This document shows, in pieces, positions 36,584 to 49,030 of a stretch of DNA of 64,000 nt; the first letter of the stretch is position 1, and each line of letters opens with the position of its first letter. Under the pieces are notes generated by a model that saw only the letters and a list, made by a program, of their open reading frames with translations, was not told the origin of the DNA and made no database searches. The translations under genes were made by a program, and so were the position numbers. The stretch lies in NCBI RefSeq assembly GCF_963921235.1, contig NC_086097.1, positions 226,984,001 to 227,048,000 on the forward strand, read 5' to 3'. The stretch is from Mobula hypostoma (lineage: Eukaryota).

Positions 36584-37562
36584 AAGTGAAGGTAAATCTT
36601 TTAGTGGAGGGTTATCTCAATAAAAAAAATTAATCATAATGGTTAAATACGATAATATTGCTATTAAATATGGAGGGTAAAGCTGAGATGTGGGAATTGA
36701 ACAAATGGATGGAAGAGTATGTACTGGAGATGGAGTTGAAATCTGGTAGCAAATGGAAATTGTTCCAAAGAATGCTGGAATGACTTTACTCCCAACCATG
36801 AGACAATTGGAAGTTTTCCCAGTAAGGCAAGCAGGATGAAATGGAGAAAATATCGATGTATAATAAAACAAAAAAAAAGATTCTGAAAAAATGGGAAGGA
36901 TTGAGGTGTGAGCTGTTCCTGAAAACTTTGATGGATTGTTTTAATCAGAAAAATTGATATGATTAAATTTTTTTCAAAATGTTGTTAGCTGACTGGTTAG
37001 AATACCACCTGTAACCTGGGTCTGCTTTACTAACACATGATGGAATTGTAGTGATTATCTAGACGTATTGAAGTTGGGTTTCAATGGTGCATCTAGAAGC
37101 ATGAAAGGAAATGATGAAATGTATTTCTTGAAATCAATAAATTCATATAATGCTGGAATGCTTAGAAGATCAGTCAGCTTCTATGGGGTAGGTGGGTGGG
37201 GGGAAGAAAGAGATGGGATGGTATCTGACCTGCCACTATTTTGATTTCCGATTTCTAGCCACTACAGCATTTTGATTGTCAGAGTTACCTTAACACTGGA
37301 AACTGCTTGAGGTGTTTTACCTATCTATAAAATTATGTTTGTGACATACCCACTTGTCTGGAAGTTCAGAGGTGTAGTACTGCCATCTTTACGTGCTGTG
37401 TATGTGAAAATTTGTCTTTCTTGGAGTGGAATGCATTAATCATGGTTGCATCATTTAATTGTGCTGTTGTGAAATTTTGACCAGGTGCATTCTGTTGCAA
37501 ATTACACTTGAGTTCAATGTTCTGTAGCACAATTGTAATAGAAGCAACACACACAAAATGAG

Positions 37563-39092
37563 TAAGACCATAAGACGTAGGAGCAGAATTAGGCCATCTA
37601 GCCCATCATGGCTGCTTCGCCATTCAATCATGGTTGATCCTATTTTTAAAAAATCTCATACTCAACCCCAGGTCCCAGCCTTCTCCCTGTAACCTTTGAT
37701 GCCATGTCCAATCAAGAACCTATCAATCTCTGCCTTAAAGACACCCAAGGACCTGGCCTCCACAGCTGCATGTGGCAACAAATTCCATAAATTCACCATC
37801 CTTTGGCTAAAGAAATTTCTCTGCATGTCTGTTTTGAAAGGGCGCTCCTCTATACTGAGGCTCTGCCCTTTTGTCCTAGACTCTCCCACATAGGAAACAT
37901 CCCTTCCACATCTACTCTGTCCAGGCCTTTCAACATTCTAAAGGTTTCAATGAGATCCCCCCCTCGTCCTTTTGAATTCCAGCGAGTACAGACCCAGAGC
38001 CATCAAATGTTCTTTGTATGATAGCCCTTTCATTCCTGGAATCATCCTTTGGAATCTCCTCTGGACCCTCTCCAATACCAGTCCATCTTTCCTCAGATGA
38101 GGAGCCCAAAGCTGTCCACAATACTCAAGGTGAGGCCTCACCAGTGCCTTATAAAGCCTCAGCATCACATTCTTGCTCTTGTATTCTAGACCTCTTGAAA
38201 TGAATGCTATCATGGCATTTGCCTTCTTCACCACTGACTTGACTTACAAGTTAACCTTCAGGGTGTTCTACACAAGGACTCCCAAATCCATCTGCATCTC
38301 AGATTCTTGGATTTTCTCCCCGTTTAGAAAATAGTTCGCACATTTATTTCTACTATCAAGTGCATGACCATGTATTTTCCAACATTGTATTTCATTTGCC
38401 ACTTTCTTGCCCATTTTCCTAAGCTGTTTTAAGTCCTTCTGTGTCCTACCTGTTTCCTTAACACTACCTGCCCTTTCACCAATCTTTGTATCATCTGCAA
38501 ACTTGGCAAGAAGGTCATCTATTCCATCATCTAAATCATTTATATAGAGCATAAAAAGAAGCAGTCCCAACACTGATCCCTGCAGAACACCAGTCAAACA
38601 GAAAAGCATCCTTTTTATCCCACTCGCTGCCTCCTACCAATCAGTCAATGCTCTAACCATGTTAGTAACTTCCCGGTAATACCATGTGCTCTTAACTTGG
38701 TAATCAGCCTCATGTGTGGCACCTTGTCAAAGGCCTTCTGCAAGTCCGAATATAGAACATCTACTGCATCCCCTTTATCTATCCTACTTGTAATCTCCTC
38801 AAAGAATTCCAACAGGTTTGTCAAGCAGGATTTTCCCTGAAGGTAACCATGCTGACTTTGTACTATCTTGTCCTATGTCACTAAGTACTCCATCACCTCA
38901 TCCTTAACAATTGACTCCAACATCTTCCCAAGCACTGAGGCCAGGTTAACTGGTCTATAATTTCTTTTCTGTTGCCTTCATCCTTTCTTAAAGAGTGGAG
39001 TGACATTTGCAATTTTCCAGTCCAATGATTTTTGAAAGATAATTTCAAATGCCACCGCAATCTCTATGGCTACCTCTTTCAGAACCCTAGGG
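37563..39092 (-). mobile_element. CR1 LINE RT / 3' part
   Basis: QGSVLGLLLFMLYINDL..KFADDTKIG and [13 protein letters not shown]. Confidence 0.9.
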
Positions 39093-39094
39093 TG

Positions 39095-39985
39095 GAAATG
39101 CTGGAGGAAATCAGCAGATCAGGCAGCTAGCATCTACAGAAGTGAATAAACAGTCAATATTTCAAACTGAAACCATTCTTCAAGACTGGAAATGAAGAGG
39201 GAAGAAGCCAGAATAAAATGGTGGGGTGAGGAGAAGGAGGATAGCGAGAAGATGATAGTGAAGCCAGGTTCATAGGAAACGTAAAGGGTTGGAGAGGAAG
39301 GAATCTGATATAGGGGAGTGGACCAAGGAGAAAGGAAAGGAGGAGAAGACCCAGGGGGAGGTGATGGGCAGGGGTCAAGTGTTAAAAGGACAGAGTGAGG
39401 AATAGAAGAAGAGAGAGGAGGGATTTTTTTTAACCAGAAGGGGAAATTAATATTCATGTCATCAGGTTGGAGGCTACACAAAGAGAATAAAAGGCGTTGC
39501 TTCTCCATTCTGAGGGTGGCCTTATCTTGGCACAAGCAAAGGCCATGGACTGACGTTTTGGAATAGGAATGGGAATTTGAATTAAAATGTTTGGCCACCA
39601 GGAAGTTCAACTTTTGGCAGATGGAGTGGAGGCATTCAACGACTCAGTCCCCCAGTTTACAACAGGTCTCACCAATGTAGTGGAGGCTGCACCAGGAGCC
39701 CTGGACACAATAGGCGACCCCAACAGATTTGCAGGTGAAGTGTTCCCTTACCTGGAAGGACCGATTGAAGTTCTGAATGGTAGTGAGGGAGGAGGTGAAT
39801 GGGCAGATGTGGCACTTTGGCTGCTTGCAGGGATATGTGCCAGAAGGGAAATTAGTGGGGAGGGATGAATGAAATGGGAAATCAGGGAGGGAGCAATCCC
39901 TATGGAAAGCGGAGAGAGAAGGGGAGGTGAAGATATGTTTGGTGGTAGGATCCCTTTTGAGATGGTGGAAGTTTTAGTAGAATTC
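39095..39985 (-). mobile_element. Older PLE 3' part (degenerate GIY-YIG plus terminal repeat)
   Basis: VAKHFNSNSHSYS...LQPDDMNINF; decayed hammerhead near 39152-39188. Confidence 0.8.
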
Positions 39986-41065
39986 ACCTTCTGTTAGACG
40001 CTCAACTCCAGTGCCGTTGGCTCTTCAGTGATATAACATTAAAGGAGCTAGAGCAAGTGCAAGCCCTGTGCCTGGAACACAACTTTAGCAGGTTTTCCAA
40101 TTTATTTAGTTGTTAGACTTTGGCTATCTCCCTCACCTCTCACCTTCCACAGTATGGACTTTTATCCCCACCATCTCACATTCATATCTCCACTCCACCA
40201 TGGTTCTGCCATGGTCTTAAATTATCCAAGCACTTTCTCAGACTGATCACATAACGTTCATCTAGCCCAGGCCCTGGTGCATTAATCTCCTTCCAACACA
40301 TCTTGTGATCTATGCACCTCCACCCCAATACTGATCACCACTGTAACCAGGCCCCACCCATTTTCGCTTATATACCCAGCACAGGCACATTTTCAGGTGG
40401 CAGATCCACAACCATAAATATTGTTGCAGCATGTAACCATTAGAAGTGTTGGTAAATTATAGCCAACACTTGCTTTTTGTCTATTATAGATGCATGAACA
40501 TGAGTACGAAACTGAAATTGGATGGAAGATGGTAATGATTGTTGAAGTGTAACTCCCTACAAAATGTTGAGTTCTGGTGTACACAAATAATTTGTTGTAC
40601 CCACATGTTGGGTTTGGTAAAATTGAACTGAAAACTGCTGGCATGGTTTCAGTCTCACAAAGTGTTGAAAAACTGATTTACTTTTAAAAATTAGTGCAAA
40701 ATGACATGAAGGAAAATGGTATGGCTTTTTTGATCCATTTGGGAATAGGTCTTCACCTATTCCTCTCAGGACCTTTTTAAAATTGTCATACTGATATTGC
40801 ATCGGTCTAAGTTGGTGACCTTCGCTTGATTACCCTTTAGGGTCTCTAGTAGCTGAAGCTGAAATTGAAATTCAGCACACTGAATCTCATTTCCACACAT
40901 TTTAAATAATTTGTCATTTCAGTGGACTTGGGCTTTTTTAAAATTTTAGAAACTTCTTAGATTCTGCTGACAAAGATATACCTTCTAAGATGTGCAGATT
41001 TGCTTATTTTTAAAGTACTTGGTAAGTGTCCGTTGTTCAAATTTATGTTAAGAGAATTAGTTGTA

Positions 41066-42960
41066 CTCATAGTCATAGTCATACTTTATTGATCCCGGGG
41101 GAAATTGGTTTTCTTTACAGTTGCACCATAAATAATAAATAGTAATAGAACCATAAATAGTTAAATAGTAATATGTAAATTATGCCGGTAAATTACGAAA
41201 TAAGTCCAGGACCAGCCTATCGGCTCAGGGTGTCTGACCCTCTAAGGGAGGAGTTGTAAAGTTTGATGGCCACAGGCGGGAATGACTTCCTATGACGCTC
41301 TGTGCTGCATCTCGGAGGAATGAGTCTCTGGCTGAATGTACTCCTGTGCCCACCCAGTACATTATGTAGTGGATGGGAGACATTGACCAAGATGGCATGC
41401 AACTTAGATGGCATGCAACTTAGAGAGTATCCTCTTTTCAGACACCACCGTGAGAGAGTCCAGTTCCATCCCTACAACGTCACTGGCCTTACGAATGAGT
41501 CTGTTGATTCTGTTGGTGTCTGCTACCCTCAGCCTGCTGCCCCAGCACACAACAGCAAACATGATAGCACTGGCCACTACAGACTCGTAGAACATCCTCA
41601 GCATCATCCAGCAGATGTTAGAGGACCTCAGTCTCCTCAGGAAATAGAGATGGCTCTGACCCTTCTTGTAGACAGCCTCAGTGTTCTTTGACCAATCCAG
41701 TTTATTGTCAATTCATATCCCCAGGTATTTGTAATCCTCTACCATGTCCACACTGACCCCCCGGATGGAAACAGGGGTCACCGGTATCTTAGCTCTCCTC
41801 AGGTCTACCACCAGCTCCTTAGTCTTTTTCACATTAAGCTGCAGATAATTCTGCTCACACCATGTGACAAAGTTTCCTACCGTAGCCCTGTACTCAACCT
41901 CATCTCCCTTGCTGATGCATCCAACTATGGCAGAGTCATCCAAAAACTTCTGAAGATGACAAGACTCTGTGCAGTAGTTGAAGTCCGAGGTGTAAATGGT
42001 GAAGAGAAAGGGAGACAAGACAGTCCCCTGCGGAGCCCCAGTGCTGCTGATCACTCTGTCGGACACACAGTATTGCAGGCACACGTATTGTGGTCTACCA
42101 GTCAGGTAATCAAGAATCCATGACACCAGGGAAGCATCCACCTGCATCGCTGTCAGCTTCTCTCCCAGCAGAGCAGGGCGGATGGTGTTGAACACACTGG
42201 AGAAGTCAAAAAAAATGACCCTCACAGTTCTCGCTGGCTTGTCCAGGTGGGCGTAGACACAGTTCAGCAGGTAGACGATGGCATCCTCAACTCCTAGTCG
42301 GGGCTGGTAGGTGAACTGGAGGGGATCTAAGTGTGGCCTAACCATAGGCTGGAGCAGCTCCAGAACAAGTCTCTCCAGGGTCTCCATGATGTGGGAGGTC
42401 AATGCCACCAGTCTGTAGTCATTGAGGCCGCTGGGGTGCGGCGTCTTCGGCACAGGGACGAGGCAGGACGTCTTCCACAGTACAGGAACCCTCCGGAGCC
42501 ACAGGCTCATGTTGAATACATGGCAAAGTATTCCACTTATCTGAGGGGCACAGGCTTTGAGCACCCTGATACTGACACCATCCGGTCCTGTAGCCTTGCT
42601 TGGGTTGAAACGTTTCAGCTGTCTTCTCACCTGTTCAGCCGTGAAGCCCACCGTGGTGGTTTCGTGTGGGGAAGGGGTATAGTCATGAGAGCAGGGTGGG
42701 GGACTGTGAGGAGGGGTAGGAGGGGAGAGTGGAATATGTGTTGTTTGGGGGCCGACAACAGATGGCTCATGTGGGGGATGGGCAGGGGCCACAATGTCAA
42801 ATCTGTTAAAGAACAGGTTAGGTTCGTTGGCCCTGTCCACACTGCCTTCAGCTCCTCTGTTGCTAGTTTGCCAGAACCCAGTGATGGTCCTCATCCTGCT
42901 CCAGACCTCTCTCATGTTGTTCTGCTGGAGTTTCCACTCAAGCTTCCTCCTGTACCTGTC
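41066..42960 (-). mobile_element. Rex1/Babar-like LINE with a long RT frame (41713-42915)
   Basis: KATGPDG, DYRLVALTS, FFDFSSVFNTI, GAPQGTVLSPFLF, KFLDDSA and YKYLG; (GACTAT)n tail. Confidence 0.92.
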
Positions 42961-44449
42961 TAATTCCTAACGTTATAGGTCACAGTTTTAATGTAGCCCT
43001 ATTGAATTGAAAATCGTGTAGTAGTTTTATTACAGTCTTGTCCTTTCTACCTGTCTCCTCTCCCACCCAGATATCTATGTAAAACACTTAAAATTGTCCA
43101 GTTAATTGATGAAATAGTGATTCTTGAAATTATTACATACGGTTCTAGTTTCCATTTATTTAACAAATATTGAGCTGTTTTTACAATTTCAACAGCATGA
43201 ATTTGATGTCCTTGCCAAGAAATGTTTAATTGATGTTAGTTAAATTTGGACAACACTTTCCATAAGCTTTCAGGCAATCATGGACAGTGGAATGTTTTCA
43301 GCATGTGATAGATTGTTTATATAATCAAGATGTGCAAAGGAATCATATGAACAAATGGATAATTGAATCCGTCCTTTCTTAACTTCCGAAATATGTAAAT
43401 AAATGTCAGGATGTAAAATTGTCATGCATTGATCCTCTGAATAACATTTACCCGTATTGTGTTCTGGTCCTACTCTCTTCTCTCAGAACATTTATTCTGA
43501 TCTTTTCAATTATGCGTGATTATAAGAAGCATGTCTGCATATTGGGATAGATGGAAATGACTAAACATGAGAATATCCATCCCACTATCTCAAATTGTGT
43601 TTCGTGTATAATACGGTTTTGCAAAGGAATTCAGGTAACACTTGAGTTAACAAAGTGTTTGCTTTCAGTCTGATTTAATTTTTCCCTTCCTTTATAGTTT
43701 AGTTTATTCATCTCCTTGTTATCTACACTCTTTCTCTCCCTCTCTTGCTCCACCACAGTAGTGTTAGTAGAAAACGCCAACTATATTGAGTTTGGCTTGT
43801 GCTTGAACCTTGGGATGTACTGAAAGTTGAAATGCTAATGCCACTGCACTCCTTTGGTTCGGCTTGGGACAGTAGTTAAAGGTAATGATGCTCTCTTGTG
43901 TTTCTTTCCTTCCTTGACTTGAATGTGAACACTCAAGATTAATAGCTAACAGGTGTCTGAGGAATGCAACCATATTTATCAAACCCACCACATTCCATGT
44001 CACTTAATCTCCAATTCTTTAATTTGTAGCACTTCTTGAATTTCAAAACTATGTGATGCAAATATTGAATTCTTGTTCTGATATAATTTGGTGCTATGTG
44101 AACTCTCATTCATGCAAAATCGGCCTGTTTTGTATTTGGCACAAGATCGAATATGCCACTACTTTATTCTCTCCTAATATCCCTCAATGAATTAGATTCT
44201 AAATCAGTATTTTATTTAATCCTTTCAGGCCTTGTCCCTTCTTACCTTTGCAACTCTGCAGCTTTGCCATCTCAAAGTAGAAGTAGAATGAATGCACATC
44301 AACCAGTGAACAAACCTTAAGCAATCTTGTACCATTCTGTAATTCCTGCTTTGAACTGGATTTTCTTATACATGCTTTACTATTTAAATTAACCTATGAA
44401 GTCTCCTGTTACCTTCACGTCTGGAGTTCACTCATTTAATGATGCTCTG

Positions 44450-45883
44450 CAGACATCCCACCTCTCCTGGAAGTTCCGGGAGTCTCCCACATATTGATAG
44501 TGGCTCCCTAATGCCCGGAAGGTATATAAAATATCCCGGAAATCGTTTTTTTTGAGAGGGAGAGGGAGAACGAGCATCTAGATTGGTCTCTCTTCGTGCT
44601 AAGGGTGGTCCCCAACCACTCTTAGCGAGGAAACGATATGATTTGGCGATATGAAAAGATATGAGTTAGCTGCACCTTTCCTCATTCCCTGTCACGCCCA
44701 CTGTTGAACTTGAACGCACGCGAGGTCATTACCCATGTGTCATCCATGTCAGTGCGGGAAGATCAACTCCTCGAGCTTGCAAATGACGACGGGCTGAAAA
44801 GTATGTTTGAGATAACATCTCTGCTGGCATTCTGGAACAAAGTCAAGGCTGAATATCCTGAGATAGCCACAGAAGCACTGAAAACGTTGCTTCCATTTCC
44901 AACATATCTGCGAAGCGGAGTTTCCTGCAATGAATGCAATGAAAACAAAATTGCAGAATAGACTGGACATAAGGAACCCCGTTCGAGTATCGCTGTCTCC
45001 CATCACCCCTCGATAGGACCATCTTGTTGCAGGGAAACAAGCCCAGGGCTCCACTGATTCAGCGATATTGGTGTGTTGCAATGATTTTATATGTTCACAT
45101 GAGGAAAATATGCGCTGTGTGTTTAATATCCAAACGTTACTTAAAATGTTATGATGCTATTGACTTATAATTGACTTGTCACTATATTCATGCAAGGAAA
45201 ATATACGCTCTGTGTTTAATATTAAATTCATTAGATAAACCCTTTTAGAAACGAAATTGAGTGTATTAGGTACTTATAACTGACTTATAGTTGACTTATC
45301 ACCTATATTCCGTTTGTGATTAACACCCCCGCCCCCGGTCGGCCAGTCCGCAAGAATATTGTCAATATTAAACCGGTCCGCAGTGCGAAAAAAGGTTGGG
45401 GACCCCTGCTAAGTAGACCTATCAGTTTTCTCTGTGGGCGGGCTTTACAGTCGACCTCAAAAGTAATGACAGTGTTGCTTGCTGCATTGTTTGCAACAGT
45501 GACTTTTCTATTGCCCATGGTGGGTTAAAATGTAAAAGACATGTTGAGGTGAGTTAAACAGGTGTCATTCGATTATTAGCATGTCTAACGTTATTTAAAC
45601 TGGCTGGCTGGCTGCTAAGAAGTTACGCTATTGATGTCCTACATGATGAGGCCAAACTCCCTGTAGACTTGCTTAAAGTTGCAATAGAAAAACATAATAA
45701 TATAATGTAAGTACGTATTTTAATGTCACATTTTCTACATATACCCAACTTGGTTTACAGATTAGACAAAATCACTAAACAAAGTATTACGTATACCCTT
45801 GGAGGTCGACCGGGGGGATATGGGGTTGCGGGGAGCGGGGGTGCTACCTCCCTGAAATGAGTTTTTGCAGGGTGGGATGACTG
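44450..45883 (+). mobile_element. Non-autonomous hAT-related element with apparent 6-bp TSD and a BED-finger exon remnant
   Basis: TIRs CAGACATCCCACC / GGTGGGATGACTG; GCTCTG at 44444-44449 and 45884-45889; CIVCNSDFSIAHGGLKCKRHVE followed by GTGAGT at 45471-45554. Confidence 0.75.
44604..45408 (+). mobile_element. hAT-Charlie non-autonomous element nested in the above
   Basis: TIRs GGTCCCCAACC / GGTTGGGGACCCCTG; dimerisation-domain remnant FWNKVKAEYPEIATEALKTLLPFPTYL. Confidence 0.82.
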
Positions 45884-46524
45884 GCTCTGTGATGTGGATT
45901 TTGATTTTTTTAAGATACAAAATATGTCTGTTGGGGTAGGGGTGGGTGTGGTTGTAGGAAAAATGGAGATACCAAATTGATAGAATGTTGCAGGTCACCC
46001 GTGGTGGTTTTCTTCCGTAAGTAAGCTTCCAAAGTGCTAATTTCAGGTTGGTCCACTAGTAATACTCTTCACTCTGTAAGTAGGTTGTTGTTCAAGCCTT
46101 GATCTATTTGAATTCACAGTTAAAATACTTCTGTATTGAGGGAGTTGAAGATAATAAAGGCCTTTTCAGGAAAATATGAAAGTTTTCAAGCCATTATACT
46201 GCTAAAAAGAGCACAATCTTTGAAATCTTGTTAATAATTATGGCTCAACTGTTTGTGGAACCTTGTTGCTACATTTGCCAAAATGGCAGTTCTCTCATTT
46301 ACCAGAGTAAAATTTAGGAATAGGGGAACAAAACATGGTTAAGGAATCTCTCAGCCACAAAGTTTTGTTTGAATTTCTCCCTACTAACTTGTCTGTCATT
46401 TAAAAGCCATATCAATTGACAAGTTTGGCTGCCTTTTGGCATTGAATATTCTGGGAAAAAGAAAAAACAAGGAGTAGGTAGGTTTAAGAGCACTGTTTGG
46501 AGGAATGTTTTTATAGTCAGTTTA

Positions 46525-46735
46525 TTAGGAAAATGAGATGTGACTTGATAGAGGTGTATAAGATGATAAGGGGCAGAAGTGGAGTGGATAGCCAGTGCCT
46601 TTTTCCCAGAGTGGCAATGGCCAATATGAGATAATATACTTTTAAGGTGAATGGAGCAAAGAATAGGGAGATGCCAGAAATAGATTTTTTTACACAGAGA
46701 GTGGTAGTGCATGGAAAGCACTGGCAGAGCTGGTG
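46525..46735 (+). mobile_element. CR1 3' fragment
   Basis: DLIEVYKMIRG and FFTQRVV..W remnants. Confidence 0.7.
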
Positions 46736-48360
46736 ATGGTTTGAGTACCTATCAGCTGGGCTAATGAGAATTGTGGAAAATGGCATCTTGTTGTGGTTCA
46801 GTTACAACATAAAGTGGTTGATATGGAAGTGTTTGAAAAGACTGGGAGCTGTCCCAGTCTTATACCCTATCCCAATTATAAAACCATAAGACATAGGAGA
46901 AGAATTGGGCCCTTTGGCCCATCAAGTCTGCTCCACCATTCAATAATGGGTGATCCTTTTTTAGCCCCCTCCTCAACCCCATTCCTTGGCCTTCTTTCCA
47001 TAATCTTTGATGCCATGTCCAATCAGGAACCTATCAATTTCTGCCTTAAATACACCCAAAGCCCTAGCCTCACAGCTGCCTGTGGAAACAATTTACCCAA
47101 TTCACCACCCTCTGGCTCAAAAAATTTCTCTGTAGCTCTGCTTTAAATGGACACCCCTCTATCCTAAGGCTGTGCTCTCTTGTCCTAGATCCCCCACCAT
47201 GGGAAACATCCTTTCCACATCTACTCTGTCTAGGCCCTTCAACATTCAAAAAGGTTTCAATGAGATTCCCCTCCCCCCCCATTGTTCTAAATTCCAGTGA
47301 GTACAGAAACAGAGCCATCAAATGTTCCTTGTACGATAACCCTTTCACTCACGGAATCATCCTGCGACCCTCCTCTGGACCCCCTCCAACGCCAGCACAT
47401 CTTTTTTAAGATGGGGGGTCCAAAACTGTTCATGATACTCAAGGTGAGGCCTCACCAGTGCCAGTATCCCTGCTTTTGTATTCAAGACCTCTTGAAATTA
47501 ATTATAACTTTGCATTTCCCTTCCTCACCACCAACTCAACCTACAAGTTAACCTTTAGGGTGTTCTGCACAAGGACTCCCATCTCCCTTTGCATCTCAGA
47601 TTTTTGGATTTTCTCCCCATTTAGAAAATAATCTGCACATTTATTTCATTGTATTTGATTTGCCACTTTCTTGCCCATTCTCCTAACTTGCCTTAAGTCA
47701 ATCTGCACCCTACCTGTTTCCTCAACACTACCTGCCCCTCCATCCATCTTTGTATCATCTGCAAACCTGGCAACAAAACCATCTATTCCATCATCTAAAT
47801 CATTTATATACAGCATAAAAAGGAGTGGTCCCAACACCAAGTCACTGGCAGCCAACCAGACAAAGATCCCATTATTCCCACTCACTGCCTCCTACCAATC
47901 AGCCAAAGCTCCAACCATGTTAGTAATTTCTTGTAATATCAACGGCTCTTAACTTGATAAACAGCCTTATGTGTGGCACATTATCAAAGGCCTTTTGAAA
48001 GTCCAAATATACAACATTCTCTGCATCCCCTTTATCTATCCTACTTGTAATCTCCTCAAAGAATTCCAACAGGTTTGTCAGATAAGATTTTCCTTTACGG
48101 AAACCACGCTGACTTTGTCCTGTCTTGTTCTGTGTCACCAAGTACTCCATAACCGCATCCTTAAGAATTGACTCCAACGCCTACTGAGGTCAGGCTAACT
48201 GGCCTATAATTTCTTTTCTGCTGCCTTCCTCCTTTCTTAAAGAATGGAGTGACATTTGCAATTTTCCAGTCCTCTGGCACTATGCTAGAGACCAATGATA
48301 TTTGAAAGATCATTGGTAATGCCTCCATAATCTCTAATGCTACCTCTTTCAGAACCCTAG

Positions 48361-48795
48361 TGTCAGTATGTTCAGGTATGGCCCAAGTGCTGAGAGAGAG
48401 AGAGAGACTGAAGTGGGTTAATAGTAGACAGAATTTAATGCGAACAGAGTAGAGGGAAAGGAAAACAATAAATGCTAAGCTAAACAGGGCCATCTCAAAT
48501 GGAAAATTGAGAGTGTGGAATGGAAAATTAACACTATGGCTGAAAGGAATAACTATATGTAAAATTAATACTGCTAGTCTTCAGAGCCAGTTGACTTGAC
48601 CATCCAATTTCTCAGGCAAAGCCAGATTCAGACAGGTAACGAAATGTTGCTGTGCTTTGCTCAGGTCTCGACAAGTGCTACAGTGAAAACAATGGAGGTA
48701 AATACCATCACAATGAAATAATAATTGGCTGACACATGCATATTCACAGGCGGAATTGCCGTATCTGCTGCGCTGCCGTATCTGTGGTTGTGATA
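48361..48795 (-). repeat. Gypsy 3' LTR
   Basis: Diverged but colinear direct repeat of 56485-56914. Confidence 0.9.
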
Positions 48796-49030
48796 GGGAC
48801 CCCATCCCATCCCTAGGTGCAGCCCCTGAGGCGCTACAGACCTCTGTCCGTTGGAAGTCCAGGATGAGCGACTTGTTCAAGATGTCCTTCACTGGGATTC
48901 AAGAGTGTACTTTTTACTTTACTTTATGGTCGCCAAACAATTGATACTAGAGCATACAAACATCACAGCGATATTTGATTCTGCGCTTTACGCTCCCTGT
49001 AGTACAAATCGATAGTAAATATTAAAAATT

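Noticed and set aside
40490..40531. Micro-exon-like TATAG|ATGCATG...GATG|GTAATG
   Set aside because: Weak donor and unrecognised peptide; no independent support.
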